A stretch of 64,000 bases of DNA from Anaerolineae bacterium (GTDB taxonomy: Bacteria > Chloroflexota > Anaerolineae > Aggregatilineales > Ch27), in the NCBI GenBank assembly GCA_034430555.1, contig DAOUEM010000495.1:12148-76147 (forward strand), written 5' to 3'. Below, piece by piece: positions 56,731-64,000 of the stretch (positions are counted from its first letter, which is position 1; each line of letters begins with the position of its first letter). The notes beneath the pieces are model-generated. The model was not told where the DNA came from. It did not search any database and was given only the letters and a program-made list of their open reading frames with translations. Made by a program: the position numbers and the translations under genes.

Positions 56731-56785
56731 GGGTCAGGCGGTGCCTGACCCAGCGGTGCCTGACCCAGCGGTGCCTGACCCAAGC
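56731..56785. repeat. Hairpin GGGTCAGGC-GGT-GCCTGACCC whose right arm is reiterated in a 3 x 15-bp tandem repeat (GGTGCCTGACCCAGC)
   Basis: Repeat units at 56740-56754, 56755-56769 and 56770-56785 (the last has one extra A). The left arm 56731-56739 is the reverse complement of GCCTGACCC. The element lies between the convergent sulfatase and larC genes. Confidence 0.9.
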
Positions 56786-57963
56786 GAAATCTGCCCACCC
56801 GCCGCGCCGACCGCCGCCAGCCACACTTCGCGCACGCTGACGCCGTGATCGGCGGCCAGGGCGGCGCAGTCGTCGTGCTCCGGCGAGAACTTGCGGGTCC
56901 CGTTGTCCAGGGCGGCGACCTTGACGCGCACCTCGCCAAACGGCGTCTGCACGGCCGTCATCTGGCGGGCTAAGGCCCAACGCGTCACCGTCGACTGGCG
57001 GATGCCCAGCGTGGTCGTCTGCCGGAAGAGCAGCGCCCGCAGGTCGGCGGCAGCGTTGGGGCGGCACAATACCTCGACCACCACCGCCGGGCGGCCCTTC
57101 TTCATGTGAGTGGGGGTCAGCCAGACGTCGAGCGCGCCCGCCGCCAGCGCTGCTTCCACCAGCGGCCCGTACCATTCCGGCACCATGTCGTCCAGGTTGC
57201 AGGCCAATACGATCAGCGTTTCTGATTGGGCTGCGCCGGCGGCTTCTGCCTGCCCGATGACCAGCCGCAGCACGTTGGGACGGTCCGGCCAGTCCTTGCG
57301 CCCGGCCCCGTAACCGACGCGGGTCACAGTCATAGACGGCATCAGGCCGAATTCATCGGCCAACCCGGCCACCAGGGCCGCACCGGTCGGCGTGACCGTC
57401 TCGCCGGCCACGTCCACGCCGACCACCGGCACGCCTTCCAGCAGCGCGGCCACCGCCGGGGGCGGCACGGGATACACGCCGTGCTGAATCTTGATCGTGC
57501 CGTGGGACCAGGGCAGCGGCGAAGCGACCACCCGGCCCACGCCCAGCGCCTCCAACCCGGCGATCACGCCCACGATATCGACCAGCGTATCGACCGCGCC
57601 CACCTCGTGGAAGTGCACCTCGTCCAGCGGGATGCCGTGCACGCGCGCCTCGACCGCGGCCAGGACCTCGATCACGCCCACCGCCCGCCCCCGGACCGAC
57701 TCCGGCAGCCCTGCCGCGTCGATGTGGCGGATCAGGTCGGCAGGATGGCGCAGCGGCTGCGCCTCCGGGGCGATCACCTCGACATGGGTGCCGGCCAGCC
57801 CGTGTTTGACCAAACGAGCCGCCTCGACCGTCACCGCGCCCAGCCCCAGCCGGTCGACCACGACCTGCAATTCGGCCAGCGGCCAGCCGGAGTCGAGCAG
57901 CGCGCCGAGCAGCATATCGCCACTGGCCCCGGCGAAACAATCCAGATAAGCGATGGTCGTCAT
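56734..57963 (-). CDS. larC: Nickel insertion protein LarC (pyridinium-3,5-bisthiocarboxylic acid mononucleotide nickel chelatase)
   Basis: 409 aa. N-terminal YLDCFAGASGDMLLGALLD (DUF111/LarC signature). The C-terminus ends in (GSGTA)x3, encoded by the 15-bp repeat. Confidence 0.85.
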   Translation of the reverse strand: MTTIAYLDCFAGASGDMLLGALLDSGWPLAELQVVVDRLGLGAVTVEAARLVKHGLAGTHVEVIAPEAQPLRHPADLIRHIDAAGLPESVRGRAVGVIEVLAAVEARVHGIPLDEVHFHEVGAVDTLVDIVGVIAGLEALGVGRVVASPLPWSHGTIKIQHGVYPVPPPAVAALLEGVPVVGVDVAGETVTPTGAALVAGLADEFGLMPSMTVTRVGYGAGRKDWPDRPNVLRLVIGQAEAAGAAQSETLIVLACNLDDMVPEWYGPLVEAALAAGALDVWLTPTHMKKGRPAVVVEVLCRPNAAADLRALLFRQTTTLGIRQSTVTRWALARQMTAVQTPFGEVRVKVAALDNGTRKFSPEHDDCAALAADHGVSVREVWLAAVGAAGGQISLGSGTAGSGTAGSGTA

Positions 57964-58057
57964 GGTGAAGTTCCCTTCCCGGTGAATCAGACGGGCGGAG
58001 CATCCGCTGCCCCGCCCGGTGGATGTTGTCGCTTGTATGGTTCAGCTCAGTGCGCGC

Positions 58058-59290
58058 TTATGCAAGCATAAGGCCCAGAGATGGGTCCGCGGTGAGCACG
58101 GCGGCCAGATCGTCGGGCAGGCCCAGGCCACCGACGGCCACGTCAACGGCCTCCGGGCGGCCCCCGTAGAGCAGGTCATAGGCCACATTGATGTGCGAAA
58201 GCGCCTCCAGCGCGGCCATGCCGGGCATCCCGCCGAAGGTGGGCAGTTGTTCCAGCCGGTTGGCGGCCTCTTCGCCCCAGGTCACCCGCACGAACCACCA
58301 GTTCAGGCTGTGCGACTGGTCCGGGTAGGGGTCTTCCGCCAGGACCGCCGCCGGAGTCTGGTCCCGCGCCCACAAGAGAGTCAGCAGCGCGACCTGATCG
58401 TGGCTCACCACGTCCTGCGAAGCCACAATCAGCGGTTGATCGAGGGCCAGGTGGTAGCCGGAGTCGGGGCCGTAGGTGGTCAGGGCCTGGTCGACCAGGG
58501 TCAGGGTCAGGCGCTGCTTGTCCGCCAACTGCGGGATGGCGTTCACCTCGGCGATCTTCTGGTGGAAGGTGGCGGCGTCGCGGTGCAGGACCATGCGGCT
58601 GGTGTCGCTGATATAGCCGACGGCGTTCTTCAGGCCCAGCGAAGCGCCGGCCAGCACGTGTTTGCCCAGGCGCGGCAGGTTGACCACGTGATCGACTTCA
58701 TCCAGGATGGCGGCCACCTGCAAATCAGCGCCCCAGTAGGTATTGGGATCGGCCACGCCGCGGATGTAAGCCTCGGCATAGGGCACTTCCTCGAAGCAGT
58801 GCACGGTCGCCCCGGCGGTTTCCGCGGCCTCTAGCAGGCCGGTCTCGCGCATGTTCTCGCGGGTGGAGCCGATGGTCTCGTCCGGCAGGTGACGCACGAA
58901 CATCGCGCCGCTCATATCACCCACGTAAACGGTGCCGGCCCCGGCTTCCTGCAAGAGCTGCACCACGCCTTCCAGCACGGCGGGAGAAGTCACCGAAGGG
59001 GCGGGCAGGTTGGAATTGCAGGCGACCTTGACGAACACCGAATCGCCCGGCTGGAGCCAGCTCAGGTCGGTGGTGCCCAGCACGGCGCTGCGCACGGCTT
59101 CGGTGGTGGTCGTCTGTGCGGGGTCGAAGGTGTGCAGCAGGACGCGGGTGCGGTACGCCTCAAGCTGGCGGGGCGAAACCACGCCGCCCGCCGGCCAGGA
59201 CGCGTTTACGCCGGCCAGCAGGGCCAGCAGGCTGCTCCCGCTCAGGCCGAGGAAGTGACGACGGGACAGGGAATCGGAGCGCCGGGTCAT
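58058..59290 (-). CDS. DUF362-domain protein with twin-arginine (Tat) signal peptide
   Basis: Start at ATG 59290 after GGAGG. SRRHFLGLSGSSLLALLAG Tat signal. DUF362-like blocks VFVKVACNSN...SPAVLEGVVQLLQEAGA..VYVGD and NLPRLGKHVLAGASLGLKNAVG. Confidence 0.75.
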   Translation of the reverse strand: MTRRSDSLSRRHFLGLSGSSLLALLAGVNASWPAGGVVSPRQLEAYRTRVLLHTFDPAQTTTTEAVRSAVLGTTDLSWLQPGDSVFVKVACNSNLPAPSVTSPAVLEGVVQLLQEAGAGTVYVGDMSGAMFVRHLPDETIGSTRENMRETGLLEAAETAGATVHCFEEVPYAEAYIRGVADPNTYWGADLQVAAILDEVDHVVNLPRLGKHVLAGASLGLKNAVGYISDTSRMVLHRDAATFHQKIAEVNAIPQLADKQRLTLTLVDQALTTYGPDSGYHLALDQPLIVASQDVVSHDQVALLTLLWARDQTPAAVLAEDPYPDQSHSLNWWFVRVTWGEEAANRLEQLPTFGGMPGMAALEALSHINVAYDLLYGGRPEAVDVAVGGLGLPDDLAAVLTADPSLGLMLA

Positions 59291-59388
59291 GGGTCGAGCC
59301 TCCACTTCAGCCAGGGATGATCGCGCCGGATTGATGGCCTGGAGTATAACACAAGTCCGGCCCGCGCCGTTACACGAGCGGCGTAGCG

Positions 59389-59410
59389 CGGGCGTCAGGC
59401 GGGCGTCAGG
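59389..59410. repeat. 2 x 11-bp tandem repeat CGGGCGTCAGG spanning the stop codon of the ARH-fusion gene
   Basis: Units at 59389-59399 and 59400-59410. The stop (TCA on the plus strand) is at 59406-59408 and is duplicated at 59395-59397. Confidence 0.9.
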
Positions 59411-61532
59411 TGGTGGCCGGGCGCACCCGGACATCGCCGAAAGCCGTGCTGCCGTCCTCGCTCAGCAGCGCGATGGCCCCGCCGGTCAGCGGGCGGTCGT
59501 CGTCCGTCACCTGGAGGACCTGCTGCCGGTCGATCCAGGCCGTGATCGTCGTCCCGCGGGCGGAGAGGTGCATGTCGTAAACGGTGTCCATCGTCCAGGG
59601 GAAGTCCGTCTCGGCCAGCACCGTCTCGCCATCCAGGACTTTGACCAGCCGCAGTTTATCCCCCCAGTAGAGCAGCAGCGCGTAATAGCGGCGCATCCCC
59701 TGGACGCGCACGCCGATCCCGCCTGCCGCCGCCAGGGTGATGCTGACCGGTACGCTGACGCGGAGATCGGTCCATTCCCGTGTGCCCTGCGAAACCAGGC
59801 CGCGGCCTTCGTTCTGGATCACGCGGTAGGGGGCCTGCGCGCCGGTGTAAAAGTGATCGGCGCCGCTGACCCAGGCCCGCCGCCACAGGTCGCCGTCGGC
59901 CCCCCGCGTTTTCCCCGGCGAGACGAGCAGCACATCCGGCGAACCATGCCAGGCCAGGGTGTCCAGGTAGACGGTGCCGCTCATGGCCTGCGCCGCGCTG
60001 AGGACCAACCCGATCTGGGCGACGGGCGCGCCCCCGGTATCTGGCACGCGCCAGGCCAAGACGTGCGATCCGCCCGGCGGCAGGCTGGTCGTCGGGCCGG
60101 GCAGGGTTTCCAGGGCATTGGTCCGGTCGTAGGTCCGGAGGTACAGGCCGCAGGTGACCGGGGCCGGGTTGGCCGGGTCGGCGCTGATCCGGGCGCGCAC
60201 CGTCTGGCCAGGGTACAGCGTCGGCGAGGCGAGCAGGCCGTAGCCGGGCATCGCCCTGGCCTCCGGCGGGATGAAGGTGGCGGTGCTGATCCGGGCGGCC
60301 AACCCCGGCGCGAGGTGATCGAAACGCACGGCCAGCGAGCGTGTACCGGACTCGCTGTGGCCGGCCACGTTGACCAGCGTCGGGACCACCGCCCCCGGAT
60401 CGCCGGCTTCCGCCTGGAAGCCCTGCACCGCGCCCGGCAGCTCGAAGTGGAAGCGCGCGCCATCCTTGGGCCTCAGCGGCGGCAAACCGGCCAGCGCCCG
60501 CCCGACGTTGGCGACGTGGTAGGCTTCAGTAGCGGCGTCGGTGATAGCCCGGCCGCCGTCGGCGGTGGGCAGGTACAGGCGATCCGCGACCGGCCCGCGC
60601 CAGTCCGGCCCGGCGTCCAGGCCGGCCAGGCCGTTTTTGATGCCCAGCAAACAGCCGACATTACCCGCGTTGCAGTCGGTATCCCAGCCGGCAGTATTGA
60701 CGATCATCTGCGTGCGCTGGAAGTCGTCGTCGCCGTAGAGCAGGCTGAGGATGATCAGGCCGTGGTTGGGCACCACATGGCAGTTGCCGCCGTACTTATC
60801 GTAGCCGTAAAAGGCGGCCAACTGCTCGCGCGCCTTGCGCCAGTCCGGCTCCTGGGCGTGCCATTCGCGGATATCGCCGATCAGGCGGGCGATGACCGAA
60901 TCGGCGGGGATGACGGACAGCCCCACCTCGATCAAACGGTTGATGTCCGGCTCCACGAAAGCCGCCGATTCCATGGCAGCGATCACCTGCGCCCCGTAAA
61001 TCGCCTCGCCGTCGTAGCTGACGCTGGCCGCGCGCCGCGCCAGGTCCGCCGCCCGCTCAGGATCGCCGGGCGCGACCATCGCCCACCCGTCGACGAATAT
61101 CTGCGCCCCGATCTGCTCGGCGACGATAGGACCATTGACCGCTGTCGAGCCGCTGTGAGGAGCCGCCATCCCACCCTTGAGGTTGAGGAAAGCGGTGTGC
61201 GCGGTGGAATGGCCGCGCCCGCCCCACCACAGAATGGCCCGGTTTTCGATGATGTAGTTCAGCCAGGTCTGTCCGATCTGGGCGGGGGTGAGATCGGGCG
61301 TGTGATCGTAGTCCGGCAGGGCGCGCAAAAAGGTGAAGGTGCCGCTGATATCGTCGTCGGTGACAACCAGGGGCAGGCCGAGCCGCTCATGCACGTAGGT
61401 CCAGATTTCGCCCAGGTTAATCATGATGCGCTCGTAGGACCAGCCCTCGAAGGGACGGCCCAGGTACACGCCGATGATCTTGCCCAGCACACCGGCATAG
61501 ACGCGCTCCAGGTAATCGTCGGGCAGAGGCAT
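59406..61532 (-). CDS. ADP-ribosylglycohydrolase (ARH) family domain fused to approximately 400 aa of beta-sandwich (concanavalin/LamG-like) domains
   Basis: Start at ATG 61532 after GGAAGGAGAGGG. ARH blocks GKIIGVYLGRPFEGW, VVTDDDISGTF and GWDTDCNAGNVGCLLG. The C-terminal GGIGVRVQG...YYALLL...GGAIALLSEDGSTAFGDVRV resembles a jelly-roll lectin/glucanase fold. Confidence 0.85.
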   Translation of the reverse strand: MPLPDDYLERVYAGVLGKIIGVYLGRPFEGWSYERIMINLGEIWTYVHERLGLPLVVTDDDISGTFTFLRALPDYDHTPDLTPAQIGQTWLNYIIENRAILWWGGRGHSTAHTAFLNLKGGMAAPHSGSTAVNGPIVAEQIGAQIFVDGWAMVAPGDPERAADLARRAASVSYDGEAIYGAQVIAAMESAAFVEPDINRLIEVGLSVIPADSVIARLIGDIREWHAQEPDWRKAREQLAAFYGYDKYGGNCHVVPNHGLIILSLLYGDDDFQRTQMIVNTAGWDTDCNAGNVGCLLGIKNGLAGLDAGPDWRGPVADRLYLPTADGGRAITDAATEAYHVANVGRALAGLPPLRPKDGARFHFELPGAVQGFQAEAGDPGAVVPTLVNVAGHSESGTRSLAVRFDHLAPGLAARISTATFIPPEARAMPGYGLLASPTLYPGQTVRARISADPANPAPVTCGLYLRTYDRTNALETLPGPTTSLPPGGSHVLAWRVPDTGGAPVAQIGLVLSAAQAMSGTVYLDTLAWHGSPDVLLVSPGKTRGADGDLWRRAWVSGADHFYTGAQAPYRVIQNEGRGLVSQGTREWTDLRVSVPVSITLAAAGGIGVRVQGMRRYYALLLYWGDKLRLVKVLDGETVLAETDFPWTMDTVYDMHLSARGTTITAWIDRQQVLQVTDDDRPLTGGAIALLSEDGSTAFGDVRVRPATT

Positions 61533-61875
61533 CGCGCCCTCTCCTTCCAACCAACCGCCGAGATGAGTCGTCGCAGTACACCCGTCAGCGCCGGTCTTTC
61601 CCGGCCTATCGTGGCGGAGGGCGAGCGCCCTCCTTAAAACCAACCGCCTGGACGAACAACTGCTGAGGTGATACTGTAGGATTTGCTCCCCCCAAAGACT
61701 ATCATGCCAGGGGCTACCTGCGCCAGGCGGCCCGTCGGAACTATGGTAAAATAGAACGCAGGTTCTTACCCGGCTTGCCCGAAGCTGAGGATGCGCTACA
61801 ATCACTGGTTCGGGGTGATTATAGCCTACCGGCGCCCGTTTTTGGGCATTTAGGAGGGTTTCCGGTAATCCGGTC

Positions 61876-61904
61876 TTGCCAGTCGTTATAAATCGCTTTA
61901 CACT
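61876..61904 (+). promoter_or_regulatory. Candidate sigma-70-like promoter TTGCCA-N17-TACACT for the GHKL ORF
   Basis: -35 element at 61876-61881 and -10 element at 61899-61904, in an AT-richer intergenic region. An alternative is TTGCCC-N16-TACAAT at 61775-61802. Pattern match only. Confidence 0.25.
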
Positions 61905-61969
61905 TTCCTCAGTTTCGTTTTGATCTCATCCTGGTAAATCCCTTATCGTTCTTGATGGAGACAAGCTGT

Positions 61970-64000
61970 ATGGGTATCGATAGCGTGAATCAACTGCTGG
62001 ACGCGCTGCTAAAGGCGACCACGTCGGACCAGGTCAACCATATCCTGGCCGAGCTGGGCGACGGCCCCGACGTCGACGTAGATGAGCCGTTCGGGGCGCT
62101 GGGCTGCCAGTGGCACTTCTTTGACGACAACTCGTCGAACATGTCGACGATCAATCTCGGCTCCAAGCCGGGCCACAGCCTGACCGAGCGGGTCACCAAC
62201 GCTATCGATGCCGTCTTCGAGCGCGAGATGCTGCTGCAGGGCAACCCGGCCCACCCGCCGGGGTCACCGCTGGAAGCGGCCGATGCCTGGTTTGACCGCC
62301 CCTGGTCCACGGCCGGGGATGGGCTGTTTAATATGGACCCGGCGCAGATCGACGCCTACTCCCGCTGGGTGCAGATCGTCATGCTGCCCGGCGAGGACAT
62401 CGCCAAGCCCACGGTCGACGTGGTCGACCAGGGCATTGGCATGGAACCGGACGAGTTCACCAGCACCATCCTGAGCTTCCACCGCGGCAACAAGATCAAT
62501 AAGCTGTACCTGGCCGGCGCCTTCGGGCAGGGTGGATCGGCCACCATCGCCTTCAGCGACTACACGCTGATTTTGTCGCGCCATCTGCACGGGGGCAACA
62601 CGGTCGGCTTCACGCTGGTCAAGCAGATGGACCTGGACGAGATTTACAAGGAAAACGCCTACGTCTTCCTGGCCGTGCCGAAACCGGACGGCACCCTGAC
62701 CGTGCCCGGCAGCGAGGTCGAAGGCCCGATCGAAGCCTACCCCGGCGTGAAATCGACCTCGTCCCACAAGCCCCAGGCCTTCACCCACGGCACGATCGTC
62801 CGTCACTACGGGTACCAGGCGCGGAGCATGGAGAATCCACTGTCCTCCAGCCCTGGCAACATGTACCACCTGATGAACTACATGCTCTTCGACCCCGTGC
62901 TGCCCTTCCGGGTGGTGGACCTGCGTCAGCCGGGCCATTACCGGAGCCGGGTCGTCATCGGGTCGCGCAACCGGCTGTTGGCCGACGGTGGGTTTGCCGA
63001 CGTGCGCCATCACCAGCCGCGCTTCTGGCTGCGCCCCACGGAAGACTCCGAGCAAACGCTGGGCGTGGAATACTGGGTGGTGTTCTCCTCCCATAACAAA
63101 CCGAGCCAGAACGGCAACAAGCCCACCCAGCGCGTCCGCCCGCACGACCTGTTCCTGGACCCGGCGCACCCGATCATCGGCACGCTCAACGGCCAGAACC
63201 ACGGCGAGCTGACGCCGCGCATCATCCGCGAGGCCAGGCTGCCGCAGGTGGCCAAACACATCATCGTGCACCTGGACCTGACCGTCGTCAGCAAGCGCAC
63301 GCGCAGCCAGCTTTTATCCTCCACGCGCGAGGGCTTTAAGGAAGGCGAGGTCTTCGACGAGGTGGTGCGCATCTTGCAGGACCACCTCCGCGACGACGAG
63401 CACCTGCACGAGATCGAGGCCGAGCTGGAGGAATCGCTGCTGGAGCGCGAATCGACGGCGACCACCAAAGAAGTCCGCAACCGCATCACGCGCCTGCTGC
63501 GTGAGTTTAAGATCGACTTCCGGCATGTGGGTGACTTCCCCGGCATGGAGCTGGACGGAACCGGGAACCCCATCCCCCGCACCCGGAAGCCGCCGACGCG
63601 CCGCCAACCGCTGGACACGCTGCCCTATCCCGACGTGACTCGCCTGGAGATCGTCAGCCCGCAGAAAGTGCTGCGCATCCACCAGGGCGACAGCCGTTTC
63701 GTCAAGGTGGAGACCAACGCCGACCGCACCTACGACAAGATCGGCGCGATAAAAATCCGGACCATCCCCGATCACCTGGACGACGTCTCCAAGGGGCCGC
63801 TGATCGGGGGGCGCATCAACTGGCGGCTGCGCCCGCGCAAGGAATCCAAGCCCGGCGACATTGGCCGGGTGCTGGTCTCGCTGACCCTGCCCAACGGCGA
63901 GCAGATCGTGGAGCGCATGCCCTACGAAATCCTGCCGCCGCGCGAGGAAAAGATCAAAACGCCGCGTGGGTACGTGCCCTACTTCGACGTGCAGGGCCTG
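61970..64000 (+). CDS. GHKL/Bergerat-fold ATPase-domain protein, at least 677 aa, 3' end beyond the window
   Basis: The frame is open from TAA 61889-61891 to base 64000. ATG 61970 lies 9 nt after GGAG. Motifs in canonical order: ERVTNAIDA (62186-62212), DQGIGM (62426-62443), GAFGQG (62516-62533). Absent from the supplied ORF track because no stop occurs in the window. Confidence 0.75.
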   Translation, partial: MGIDSVNQLLDALLKATTSDQVNHILAELGDGPDVDVDEPFGALGCQWHFFDDNSSNMSTINLGSKPGHSLTERVTNAIDAVFEREMLLQGNPAHPPGSPLEAADAWFDRPWSTAGDGLFNMDPAQIDAYSRWVQIVMLPGEDIAKPTVDVVDQGIGMEPDEFTSTILSFHRGNKINKLYLAGAFGQGGSATIAFSDYTLILSRHLHGGNTVGFTLVKQMDLDEIYKENAYVFLAVPKPDGTLTVPGSEVEGPIEAYPGVKSTSSHKPQAFTHGTIVRHYGYQARSMENPLSSSPGNMYHLMNYMLFDPVLPFRVVDLRQPGHYRSRVVIGSRNRLLADGGFADVRHHQPRFWLRPTEDSEQTLGVEYWVVFSSHNKPSQNGNKPTQRVRPHDLFLDPAHPIIGTLNGQNHGELTPRIIREARLPQVAKHIIVHLDLTVVSKRTRSQLLSSTREGFKEGEVFDEVVRILQDHLRDDEHLHEIEAELEESLLERESTATTKEVRNRITRLLREFKIDFRHVGDFPGMELDGTGNPIPRTRKPPTRRQPLDTLPYPDVTRLEIVSPQKVLRIHQGDSRFVKVETNADRTYDKIGAIKIRTIPDHLDDVSKGPLIGGRINWRLRPRKESKPGDIGRVLVSLTLPNGEQIVERMPYEILPPREEKIKTPRGYVPYFDVQGL

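Overview
High-GC, gene-dense bacterial chromosomal segment. I call about 55 protein-coding genes and see no rRNA, tRNA, CRISPR array, transposase or integrase. The taxon cannot be fixed from sequence alone. The gene content (Ser/Thr kinase-FGE fusion, FG-GAP and multihaem exoproteins, split lar genes, sdhABCD order) is reminiscent of Chloroflexota-like genomes.

Layout:
- (i) 0.4-11 kb: sugar genes (TIM-barrel isomerase, Gfo/Idh/MocA, GH31, HAD, rhamnulokinase-like kinase), ending in an aldehyde:ferredoxin oxidoreductase plus two class II aldolases.
- (ii) 11-16 kb: SulP permease and a cytochrome b - Rieske - tetrahaem cytochrome c module.
- (iii) 16-22 kb: acyl-CoA ligase, larB-larE, GH1, URO-D-like.
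- (iv) 22.9-26.3 kb: sdhABCD.
- (v) 26-34 kb: SDR, gmd, GH4/chbG, IMPase-like, threonine-aldolase-like, MFS.
- (vi) 34-42.5 kb: Ser/Thr kinase with a cysteine-less FGE-like ectodomain, followed by three exported haem proteins.
- (vii) 42.7-56.7 kb: sulfatase remnant, nagA and an L-fuconate-type deoxysugar cluster with kdgK/eda, GH1, GH43 and an intact sulfatase. A low-GC islet carrying an orphan Imm5-like gene interrupts it.
- (viii) 56.7-61.5 kb: ARH-fusion, Tat-DUF362 and larC, co-directional.
- (ix) 61970-64000: a long ORF absent from the supplied ORF track, with a complete GHKL/Bergerat ATPase signature, running off the right edge.

Best candidates for something new: the GHKL ORF and whatever lies beyond it, the ARH/DUF362/larC trio, the exported haem-protein cluster (especially the FG-GAP propeller-cytochrome c fusion), and the ferredoxin-linked aldehyde branch. 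Short tandem repeats of 11-20 bp recur at gene 3' ends. All functional calls rest on motif recognition by eye and memory of protein families. No database search was run.
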